From assembly GCA_016931455.1 (NCBI GenBank), contig JAFGES010000129.1, positions 72,363 through 136,362 on the forward strand: a DNA stretch of 64,000 bases. The letters are read 5' to 3'. Shown piece by piece: positions 56,148 to 64,000 of the stretch (positions are counted from its first letter, which is position 1; each line of letters starts with the position of its first letter). This DNA is from Desulfobacterales bacterium (GTDB lineage: Bacteria; Desulfobacterota; Desulfobacteria; Desulfobacterales; JAHDSC01). The position numbers and the translations under genes are program-made. The notes under the pieces are model-generated. The model saw only the letters and a list, made by a program, of their open reading frames with translations, did no database searches and was not told where the DNA came from.

Positions 56148-56171
56148 CCGGGAGATCAGATAATCTCCCGG
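56148..56171. terminator. Hairpin between the convergent hydrolase and tolC-like genes (bidirectional terminator candidate)
   Basis: Perfect 8-bp stem CCGGGAGA (56148-56155) / TCTCCCGG (56164-56171). The flanking U-runs are weak on both strands. Confidence 0.45.
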
Positions 56172-56221
56172 TGCGGTTCGGCTTTTCGCTTCTGCCATAG
56201 TCGTTTCTTAGAATGGTTCTG

Positions 56222-57496
56222 TTATTCAAGTACCTCAAATCCTTCAATCAATCGTTGGAGCTGAAAGTAACTTTCGAACACCTGAGTATAAGCATTAATT
56301 ACGTTAAACTGGGCTCTTGAAAGATAAAATATCGCATCGAGGATATCTGTTGATGTATTAAGCCCTTGCTTAAAGGCAAGATCTGTTACCCGAAGATTTT
56401 CATCCGCTTCGATCCGACTGCTTTCCGCAACTTTCAGGTTATCAAAAGCCACCTGTAAATCCAGCAATGTATTTTTCAACTGTGTTTTCAGGTCATCTTC
56501 GAGTTCTATCAAATCAAAATCCGTTTGCCTTTCTTCGAGTTTTGCCTGATTGATGCGGGCATATTTTTTCATTCCATCAAATAGATTGATGGATAAGGCG
56601 GCTTCAACGCGAATTTCATCATCATCTAAATGGGAATCACCCCAAAAATAATCATCATAATTTCTGGATTGATACTGCAGGGAAATATCGGCTTTTGGAT
56701 AAAAAGTAGCCTTTGCGGATTTGATTCGAAAGCCGGCAGCAGTTTTGGCCTTTTTCAGTGCTTCGATTTCACTGCGATTTTTCATCAGTTGCTGTTCATA
56801 AAAATGATAATCAGCTTTTTGAGGCAATGTATCAAAAATCAAAAAATCAAGCGATTCTAGCGACAGATCGACACCGGTTTCACGAATCAGATAATTGAGA
56901 CTTTTGTTTACCTCCGCCATGGATCGTCGGGTATTTTGCTCCGCATTGTCCATTTCCACTTTAATTTTCAGCAGATCATTTTTCTTTAAAATACCGACTT
57001 TATATTTTAACTCAACATCCCGATAGCGCTCCCGATAAAGATTTAAGGAATCTTCCGCCACTTTCAGGTTGGCCTTGTCCCGGTATACACTTAGAAACGA
57101 TTCGGCTACCGCAAGCTGAATATCCTGTTTTACACTTTTTAATGCAAGCTGATCTATTTCTTTCAGAATTTCCGTGGCCTTAAGATCATATTTGTCTTTA
57201 AATCCCGAAAATACATTCCAGGCGACGGTGCCATAAGCCGTATCGCTTTCTTTATAGCTATAGGTTAAATTATCGTCATTAAGACGGGTAAAAAGGTAAC
57301 CGGCATCGACAGATGGTAGAAAATTTCCCTTGGCCTCACGTATCTGTTCCGAGCGTTTTTCAACATCGGCCTGATATCTTCCGACAATATCCCGGTTTGT
57401 AACAGCGGCTTTCTGAAGCTCGTCTATGGTATAGCCGTAAGCTGTTGAGGAAATCCACATGAATGCCAAGACAAAGAGTATATTTACTTGTTTCAT
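56222..57496 (-). CDS. TolC-family outer-membrane efflux protein
   Basis: 424 aa with a signal peptide and two tandem OEP-type repeats of coiled-coil/beta segments. It is the last gene of the tetR-MFP-RND operon. Confidence 0.85.
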   Translation of the reverse strand: MKQVNILFVLAFMWISSTAYGYTIDELQKAAVTNRDIVGRYQADVEKRSEQIREAKGNFLPSVDAGYLFTRLNDDNLTYSYKESDTAYGTVAWNVFSGFKDKYDLKATEILKEIDQLALKSVKQDIQLAVAESFLSVYRDKANLKVAEDSLNLYRERYRDVELKYKVGILKKNDLLKIKVEMDNAEQNTRRSMAEVNKSLNYLIRETGVDLSLESLDFLIFDTLPQKADYHFYEQQLMKNRSEIEALKKAKTAAGFRIKSAKATFYPKADISLQYQSRNYDDYFWGDSHLDDDEIRVEAALSINLFDGMKKYARINQAKLEERQTDFDLIELEDDLKTQLKNTLLDLQVAFDNLKVAESSRIEADENLRVTDLAFKQGLNTSTDILDAIFYLSRAQFNVINAYTQVFESYFQLQRLIEGFEVLE

Positions 57497-57523
57497 TATC
57501 GCTATTCCTTATGCAATATGAAT

Positions 57524-60500
57524 TTATGTTGCAGGCGCGTCCTGAGAAGCATTGCGGCTTTTCTCAGAACCGATAAAAAATGCCAGCAGTGCTGGGATGA
57601 CAAAGAGAGTAAAAATGGTTGACAGCGCTAGACCGCCCAGAAGAACGCTACCGATACCCCGATACATTTCACTTCCCGAACCGGTAGAGAGCACCAAGGG
57701 AATCAGTCCGCAAATACTGGTGCATGCGCTCATGAATATGGGGCGGATGCGGGTTCGGACCGATTCGGAAATGGCTTGCATTCCCGGTATGCCTTCATAA
57801 CGGACATTATTTAAGGACTGGTGAACAATCAAAATGGCGTTGTTGACCACGGTTCCGATAAGAATGATAAATCCGAGCATGGTCAAAACATCCAGGGGCT
57901 GCGGAGCGATAAAGATATCTACCAACCGAAGGCCGATGAATCCACCGGCTGCCGCTAGCGGTACTGAAAACATGATAATCAGTGGGTAAAAGAAATTTTC
58001 AAAAAGCGCGGACATCAGCAAATATGTAATGGCTAGGGCCAAAATAAAATTCCACTGAAGCGCCTGACGAGCTTCAACCAGTTTGTCTGCATTTCCGCCC
58101 AGAGTGACTTCCAGTTTACGCAGTTGGTCGGCTTTATCCATCTTTTTTATTATATTTTCAATAGCTTCCATAGCAGATTGTAGTGCCGTAGAACTTGGCG
58201 GTGTGACTTCCAGCCGAATATTGCGTTTTTTTTCCAATCGGTCGATTTGGGTCATTCCCTGAATATAATCGATGCGGGCAACATCACCGATGCGAATGAG
58301 TTGACCTTGATTGTTAACGATGCTGGAGTTCAAAATATTTTCCGGCGTTTGAGCAATTGCTGATTCCCCGCGGACAACCAGATCAATCTGATAACCCCCA
58401 TCGGGACGGTAATCATCAATCTTACGACCATTCATCAACACATCTACGTAAATGCCGAGGTCGGATTCGCTCAGTCCGTTTGCAGCCAACTTTCGCCGAT
58501 CCGGAATGACATTGCATTCGGGATAGGAGATTTCCAGTGAAGGCACCGGGCGAATTTGACTGCCCGGTATGGCCTGACCGATGGCTCCGAAGAGCATGCG
58601 CCCGGCCTGAACCATATCGTCGAGATTCTCACCGGAAATGTTGACATCAACTGTGCGCCCTTTTCCCAGACTCGATTCAAAGATACCGGGCTGAATGCTG
58701 ATACCCAACATTCCGGGAATGGAGCGAATGATACGATTCATTAGGGGGATGATTTCTTTTGCCTCGGTTTCATGTTCATCCGTACATAATGCGCCGAAAA
58801 GAGAAATCATATCGGCCGATACATAAAATAAATTTTTGATTTGCGGAATGGCATCTCGCCCGTCCTCTTGGATATAAGGCATCGCTTGATTGTAGATGAA
58901 CTCACCCACTTCATGACGTTTTTCCGAGCTGTATCCAGGCGGAGGGACCAGAATATTCATGATAAAATTCCGATTTCCTTGGGGTAGATATTCGGCTTTG
59001 GGCATCAACCCCCATACGGTTAAAAGGGAAAAAACGGTAAACACAATCACGCAGGAAAGACGGGTAAAAACATTTTTTTGAAAAAAACCGGAAAGGCTCA
59101 TGATCATGCGAACGACTAACGCACCAAAGGCGTTGACCCATCCCTCTTGTTTTTGCCTTTTTACGCCGGAATTTTTATAGAAAAGATGCATGACGGTAGG
59201 AATCAGCGTGACGGATACCGCCAGGCTAATGATAATGGAAAAGGTAATAGCAATGGCGATATCTCGGAAAAGCTGACCGGCTTCCTCTTGCATGAAAATA
59301 ACCGGCAAAAATACGGCCACAGTTGTCAGTGTCGATGCCAGCACTGCACCATAAACTTCCTTGGTTCCGCCATATACGGCCTCAAAGATGTTTTTTTTCA
59401 TTTTACGGTGCCGGTCAATGTTTTCCAAAACAACGATTGAATTATCAACCAGCATTCCGACCGCAAAGGAAATTCCGGCCAGGCTGACTACATTGATGTT
59501 ACGGTGAAACAGCCACAGAAAGATAAAGGTGCCGACCGCCGATACCGGAATGGCAAGTGCTGTGGTCAAGGTCGATCGAGTACTTCTTAAAAACAGTAAC
59601 AGGACCGTAACGGCCAAAAGCCCGCCAAGCAGCACATTTTGTTTGACGATACGGATCGATTTTAGAATATAGTGCGATTCATCATGAATCCATTTGATAT
59701 AAAGATTCTTTTCAGACAGTACTTCGGTATTGAGCCGGTCCACGACCGCACGGATTTTTTCGACTATTTCCAGCACGTTTGCACCCTGCTGCCGTTTGAC
59801 GCCGATAACAATGCTGTCTGATCCGTCATCCATGACCGAAACGAATTGGGGCTCATATCCGATTCGGGTCGTGGCGATATCTCTCAAGTAAATTCGCTTG
59901 ATGCCGTCGTTAAAAATCACGACATCCAAGGGATCATTTTGATTTTGAAACTTTGTGGCGGTTCTGATGCGGTAGTTTTTCTGATCGATACCTAAATTAC
60001 CGGCTGATGTATCACTGTTGGCAGGACCGACTTTGTCGATAACTTCTTTGATGGCGATATTATGCCGTGCCATTTTTTCCGGGTCCAGAACAATTTCAAG
60101 TTGCTGCGCGGTGCCTCCGAAAACCAGTAATGAAGCCACGCCGTCGACTCGTTCGATATACTGGCGAATTTCATTTTCGAAAAAGGTTTGATATTTTTTA
60201 ATTTCTGTCGGATCACCGGATTTCATCTTCAGTTGCATCCAGATAATTGGCTGGTTGGCCGCTCCCGTACTTCTCAGGACCGGTTTTTCAACATTATCCG
60301 GATAACTCCAGACTTCATCCAGTTTATTCGATACCCGTAGCATGGCCGTGTCAATATCCGTTTCGAGCCCGAAAGTGAGCGTAATTTTGGCAAAATCGTT
60401 ATAGGAAGAACTTTCCATTTTTTTTAAATTTTGAAGGCTTTTAAGTTTATCTTCCTGTTCTTCTACGATTTCACTTTCGATTTCACTCGGGGATGCCCCG

Positions 60501-60655
60501 CGCCAAAATGTATATACTTCGATTTGAGGTAGTTCCGTATCCGGGGCCAGTTGCACCGGAAGGCGATATAAACCGATGATACCGAAGAGAACGATCAGAA
60601 TCACCCCCACGGTTATCGTGACCGGCTTACTGATAGCATATTTTATAAAATCCAT
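57524..60655 (-). CDS. RND-family efflux permease (AcrB/HAE-type)
   Basis: 1043 aa with 12-TM topology, two large periplasmic loops and conserved TM4-type block (GISFAVGMLVDNSIVVLENI). Confidence 0.9.
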   Translation of the reverse strand: MDFIKYAISKPVTITVGVILIVLFGIIGLYRLPVQLAPDTELPQIEVYTFWRGASPSEIESEIVEEQEDKLKSLQNLKKMESSSYNDFAKITLTFGLETDIDTAMLRVSNKLDEVWSYPDNVEKPVLRSTGAANQPIIWMQLKMKSGDPTEIKKYQTFFENEIRQYIERVDGVASLLVFGGTAQQLEIVLDPEKMARHNIAIKEVIDKVGPANSDTSAGNLGIDQKNYRIRTATKFQNQNDPLDVVIFNDGIKRIYLRDIATTRIGYEPQFVSVMDDGSDSIVIGVKRQQGANVLEIVEKIRAVVDRLNTEVLSEKNLYIKWIHDESHYILKSIRIVKQNVLLGGLLAVTVLLLFLRSTRSTLTTALAIPVSAVGTFIFLWLFHRNINVVSLAGISFAVGMLVDNSIVVLENIDRHRKMKKNIFEAVYGGTKEVYGAVLASTLTTVAVFLPVIFMQEEAGQLFRDIAIAITFSIIISLAVSVTLIPTVMHLFYKNSGVKRQKQEGWVNAFGALVVRMIMSLSGFFQKNVFTRLSCVIVFTVFSLLTVWGLMPKAEYLPQGNRNFIMNILVPPPGYSSEKRHEVGEFIYNQAMPYIQEDGRDAIPQIKNLFYVSADMISLFGALCTDEHETEAKEIIPLMNRIIRSIPGMLGISIQPGIFESSLGKGRTVDVNISGENLDDMVQAGRMLFGAIGQAIPGSQIRPVPSLEISYPECNVIPDRRKLAANGLSESDLGIYVDVLMNGRKIDDYRPDGGYQIDLVVRGESAIAQTPENILNSSIVNNQGQLIRIGDVARIDYIQGMTQIDRLEKKRNIRLEVTPPSSTALQSAMEAIENIIKKMDKADQLRKLEVTLGGNADKLVEARQALQWNFILALAITYLLMSALFENFFYPLIIMFSVPLAAAGGFIGLRLVDIFIAPQPLDVLTMLGFIILIGTVVNNAILIVHQSLNNVRYEGIPGMQAISESVRTRIRPIFMSACTSICGLIPLVLSTGSGSEMYRGIGSVLLGGLALSTIFTLFVIPALLAFFIGSEKSRNASQDAPAT

Positions 60656-60742
60656 TACTTAATTTCCTCAATAGGGATGCATGAAAATCGATATTTATTA
60701 TCAAAACAAAGAACTTGGAATTTTATGGCCCTATCCTTATCA

Positions 60743-61849
60743 TCAACCGCCTTTGCTTGAGGTCGTCTTATCGGTTGCTACGGCAGGTTGGTCCGGTCGG
60801 AGACGTTGGTTGCCGTCGGTTACGACCATCATTCCTTTTTTAAGCTGCGGACTTTCCACGCCGGCATATTTTCCCATATAGGTTAACACGTTGATCGGCA
60901 ACATCGCGGCTTTATCATCTTTAAGCGTAAAAACAAACTGTTTTCCCTGAAAACTGACCAATGCATCTCTGGAGATTAGTTTCATTTGTTTCTTTTGGCT
61001 GGTGGGAACCCTTACCGATGCCGATAGGTTTTCAATCGCCGTTTCCATGTGAGGCAGACGGATTTTGAGCATAATATTTTTGGTTTTGGGATCGGCAACC
61101 GGCACAATTCCGTTGACATGGCCGGTAACGGTTTTGCCGAAAGCATGCAGATCTATATCCAGCGTATCCCCTTTTTGGGAAAAGATCATTAGTTCTTCGG
61201 CAATCGGTACCTTGACGAAAATATCGGTCACTGAACCAATGCGGCAAAGCGCCGTACCGGGTGAGACCCAGTTGCCGATATCGATATGTTTTTCTAGAAT
61301 AATCCCTTTAAAAGGTGCCCGGATAACACTTTTATTTTTTTTGAGTTGAGCGATATCCAGTTTTTTTTCCAATGCTTTTTTTTGCTGGATCAGATCTCGA
61401 CGGGTAAATTTAAGATCGTCATAATCCTTTTCGCTGGCGGCTTCCTGGCAAAAAAGGGTTTCATAACGCTTAAGATCCTTATCCGCTTTTTCAATATGAA
61501 CATCGATTTGGATCATTCGGGTTTGTATTTCTTCAATATCTTTATCAATAAAATCGGTATTGAAATTGACCAAAATGTCGTCTTCGCAGACTCGGTCTCC
61601 TTCTTTAAATCGCACCGATTCGACTCGACCCGAAACTTCCGGCGATAGATTGCTGACCTTTTCAAAATACACTATGCCCACAATGGGTGTATTTTCGGCC
61701 ACCATTTTCTCAACAACCGGCTCCACGACCACTTTTGCCGGAGGCGCAGCCGGACTGTCGCCAAAAGCGGCAGGAATTGTCGGCATTAAAGTTACAACCA
61801 TTGTGATAAGCATTGTTTTTAAATCAAATTTTCGGTTGTAAGATTTCAT
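60743..61849 (-). CDS. RND efflux periplasmic adaptor (membrane fusion protein, HlyD family)
   Basis: Signal/TM segment, a lipoyl-like plus coiled-coil hairpin region (IRAPF.G) and a beta-barrel C-terminus are present. It lies upstream of the RND pump. Confidence 0.85.
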   Translation of the reverse strand: MKSYNRKFDLKTMLITMVVTLMPTIPAAFGDSPAAPPAKVVVEPVVEKMVAENTPIVGIVYFEKVSNLSPEVSGRVESVRFKEGDRVCEDDILVNFNTDFIDKDIEEIQTRMIQIDVHIEKADKDLKRYETLFCQEAASEKDYDDLKFTRRDLIQQKKALEKKLDIAQLKKNKSVIRAPFKGIILEKHIDIGNWVSPGTALCRIGSVTDIFVKVPIAEELMIFSQKGDTLDIDLHAFGKTVTGHVNGIVPVADPKTKNIMLKIRLPHMETAIENLSASVRVPTSQKKQMKLISRDALVSFQGKQFVFTLKDDKAAMLPINVLTYMGKYAGVESPQLKKGMMVVTDGNQRLRPDQPAVATDKTTSSKGG

Positions 61850-61855
61850 GATGTT

Positions 61856-62530
61856 TTAATTCTCCTTGGTATATACAGGTGTTGATAGGTTATTCTTAGA
61901 ACTCTTAACCTTAGATAGCCCCCCCCTTAAACCGGAAGTGATAAATTCAACCATCTGAATGAGGACTTCTTCTCTATTGATCGCGATGCCGTAATAGCGT
62001 TTTACGTTTTCCATCTGCCAGGCATGGAAAATTCCAGCGGATGTGTTCATCATAAACGATAAACGAATAAGCACAATATCGTGCGAAATTTCCGGCAGAG
62101 CTTTTAAAAGGGCTTGTCCAAAACGATCGATAACTGGCTTGAGCATATCCCGGACCTGACTTTGGAAACGATCGAAATCTTTAAACGGCCTGCCGAGTTT
62201 AAGGAAAATTTGTCTGTGGTGAGGGTAGGTTTCAACAAATTCCAGCAAAGGGGCCACATAACAACGGACAATGATTTCAAGGGGTGGGCCTTGTTTCCCC
62301 GCTTGAGTTTCGGCCTGAGTCAGAAGCCGAAGCTGAGATTCTCCTACCGGTTGCACAAACCGAGCGAATATTGCATCAACAAGATTTTGTTTTGAACCGA
62401 AATGGTAATTGACGGCCGCTAAATTGACATGGGCCTCTTCGGTGATCATGCGCATTGAAGTTTTTTCCGCCCCATACTTTAGTATCAGTTTTTCAGCAGC
62501 GTTCAAAATTTTTGTTTTTGTATCGGCCAT
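61856..62530 (-). CDS. TetR/AcrR-family transcriptional regulator
   Basis: N-terminal HTH block KILNAAEKLILKYGAEKTSMRMITEEAHVNLAAVNYHFGSKQNL is present. It is the first gene of the efflux operon. Confidence 0.88.
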   Translation of the reverse strand: MADTKTKILNAAEKLILKYGAEKTSMRMITEEAHVNLAAVNYHFGSKQNLVDAIFARFVQPVGESQLRLLTQAETQAGKQGPPLEIIVRCYVAPLLEFVETYPHHRQIFLKLGRPFKDFDRFQSQVRDMLKPVIDRFGQALLKALPEISHDIVLIRLSFMMNTSAGIFHAWQMENVKRYYGIAINREEVLIQMVEFITSGLRGGLSKVKSSKNNLSTPVYTKEN

Positions 62531-62852
62531 ATTTGTTTGTTTTCGTTTATCCGTTTTTTCAGGGATAGTGTTTGATTTGGAGATTAGGAATACGCTTAAA
62601 TGAATTATAAAACAAAAATTTAAACATTGTTTTAATTAATGTCAACAAAGATTCCTCGATTTGTTTTCTTTTAAATTGAGATGGGATTGATAGGGTATCT
62701 TCAACTGCTATCGGAATCACTAATGGGCTGCATAAGTTTTTTAAACAGGTTTTGACATCTGGAAATGTTTTTTGATCGATCTCGAAGGCTGGTGCGCGGC
62801 GGCATTTGAAGCGTCCAGCTGGGGAGGAGAACATCGATGGGAGAAAATTGCA

Positions 62853-64000
62853 TCAATCAAATTGAAAGGCGACGGAAACGGAGTTTTTCTTAAGATTCTT
62901 AGGCATGGAAAAACCTATTCCAACCCATTGGTCTGAAGTTTTAATTTCAGCAGGAGACCCGGGAAAGGCATTTTTATTAAAATTGCAGGCATTGGATTCG
63001 ATAGCATAAAGTTTGCCGTCTTTCGAACCGGTATAGACATAAACGGTGTTGTTTGAGCTGACGGAAGGAGAACCGAGAATCCTATTGTCTGTATAAAATT
63101 CCCATTTGGGTGTCCCATTCGGATTAATGGCCGAAAGCCTGCCTGTATACGAGCTTATGTATATGGTTCCGTCCGCCCCGACGACAGGAGATGAGAATAC
63201 TTTGTTATCTGTATCAAATGTCCACTTTTGGGCACCATCGGGCCCGATAGCATAAAGTCTGCCGGTGTTTGAACAAAGATAGATCGTATCGTTTGTGCCG
63301 ATGGCCGGAGAAGAGCAGATATAACAATCGGTATCAAAAATCCACTTGAGAGTTCCGTTTGATTTCAAAGCATAAAGTTTTTTGCCGTATGCGCTGAAAT
63401 AGATTGTGCCGTCTGCCCCGATAGCCGGCGTTGCGTCGAGATAACTCTCTGCTTCAAATCCCTTAAAGACCCACTTTAGTTTACCGGCCGGATTGATGGC
63501 CGAAAGCTTGCCCCATGAGACAACATAGACAGTACCGTGGCACCCGATGACGGGAGTGGCACTGATATAAGAACCGGTATCAAACATCCACTTCAGGTGT
63601 CCATTTGGATTGAGCGCATAAAGTTTTTTGCCGTATGAACCAAAATAGATCGTGCCGTCCGCCCCGATGGCAGGCGATGATTCCAGGTAATTTGCAACCT
63701 CGAATCCATCAAAAATCCACTTCAGTTTGCCCTTTGAATTGATAGCTGAAAGCTTATTCCATGAGACAACATAAACGGTGCCGTCTGTCCCAATAGCAGG
63801 TGAAGCCCAAACGCTGCCTGTTTGGTCCGCCTTCCATTTAAGTGTTCCATCCGCTTTAATGGCATAGAGGTTTCCATTCCATAAACTGGCATAGATGGTA
63901 CCGTCAGGAGCAATTGAAGATGCAAAGTTGGAAATGTTACCAATTTCAAATGACCATTTTAGTGTTCCCGGTGCCTGTGCAAGAGCATGAATGGTAGACA
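62853..64000 (-). CDS. PQQ-like/BamB-like beta-propeller repeat protein, 5' end beyond the window
   Basis: The frame of ORF 62853-63587 stays open upstream to position 64000 by manual translation. It contains regular repeats of about 40 aa of the form G(T/A)DGT(I/V)Y..S....LYA(I/L)...G..KW.F.T. Confidence 0.75.
   Translation of the reverse strand, partial: STIHALAQAPGTLKWSFEIGNISNFASSIAPDGTIYASLWNGNLYAIKADGTLKWKADQTGSVWASPAIGTDGTVYVVSWNKLSAINSKGKLKWIFDGFEVANYLESSPAIGADGTIYFGSYGKKLYALNPNGHLKWMFDTGSYISATPVIGCHGTVYVVSWGKLSAINPAGKLKWVFKGFEAESYLDATPAIGADGTIYFSAYGKKLYALKSNGTLKWIFDTDCYICSSPAIGTNDTIYLCSNTGRLYAIGPDGAQKWTFDTDNKVFSSPVVGADGTIYISSYTGRLSAINPNGTPKWEFYTDNRILGSPSVSSNNTVYVYTGSKDGKLYAIESNACNFNKNAFPGSPAEIKTSDQWVGIGFSMPKNLKKNSVSVAFQFD

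Noticed and set aside
62559-62834. 91-aa minus-strand ORF between the PQQ-repeat gene and tetR
   Set aside because: No RBS or family resemblance, and its composition is odd. It lies in the promoter/leader region of the efflux operon.
63722-63949. 75-aa minus-strand ORF listed separately from the PQQ-repeat ORF
   Set aside because: It is an alternative frame within the same repeat region. Manual translation shows the 62853-63587 frame continues open to the window edge, so this is one large gene.
1-64000. Search for CRISPR arrays, rRNA genes, intact IS/transposase genes, reverse transcriptases and prophage blocks
   Set aside because: I saw no regularly spaced direct repeats, no rRNA-like conserved stretches and no transposase, RT or capsid-like ORFs. 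The only mobile-element signature is the decayed integron integrase and its cassettes.

Overview
This is a low-GC bacterial chromosomal segment, about mid to high 30s % GC by eye. Gene content suggests a Desulfobacterota/deltaproteobacterial-type anaerobe, but that is inference only. Positions 0-31 kb are mostly housekeeping. They hold two tandem tRNA-Ser genes, apbE, etfBA, rimO, a polyprenyl synthase, pgsA, tRNA-Val, hisI-hisG, an aminotransferase, engB-era, an orphan oadG/oadB pair and an aldehyde dehydrogenase. They also hold the conserved rpmH-rnpA-yidD-yidC-jag-mnmE cluster, a fused radical-SAM protein, htrA, asnS and a ychF-like gene. Positions 31-40 kb are an accessory patch. It contains a zinc-ribbon/J-domain protein and a decayed integron-integrase pseudogene. 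Rightward from the pseudogene run cassette-like units separated by GC-rich imperfect palindromes that resemble attC sites: a frameshifted HEPN-like ORF, a ParE/RelE toxin-antitoxin pair and a small orphan ORF. A visibly GC-richer insert follows, encoding a 1144-aa DUF748 protein and a membrane-anchored tail-collar-domain protein. Positions 40-54 kb carry a CoA-transferase and an 11-gene type II secretion cluster in the order gspG-H-I-J-K-L-M-N-C-D-E. The cluster has no gspF and continues directly into a second YidD-family paralog and a TPR/membrane protein. Positions 54-64 kb carry a GEMM-I (c-di-GMP-I) riboswitch with its own terminator upstream of a secreted alpha/beta-hydrolase. They also carry a tetR-MFP-RND-tolC efflux operon and a large PQQ-like beta-propeller repeat protein that runs off the window. 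I saw no CRISPR array, rRNA gene or intact transposase. The most interesting items are the decayed integron with attC-like sites, the c-di-GMP riboswitch next to the T2SS, and the YidD-like/TPR pair at the end of a gspF-less T2SS operon.
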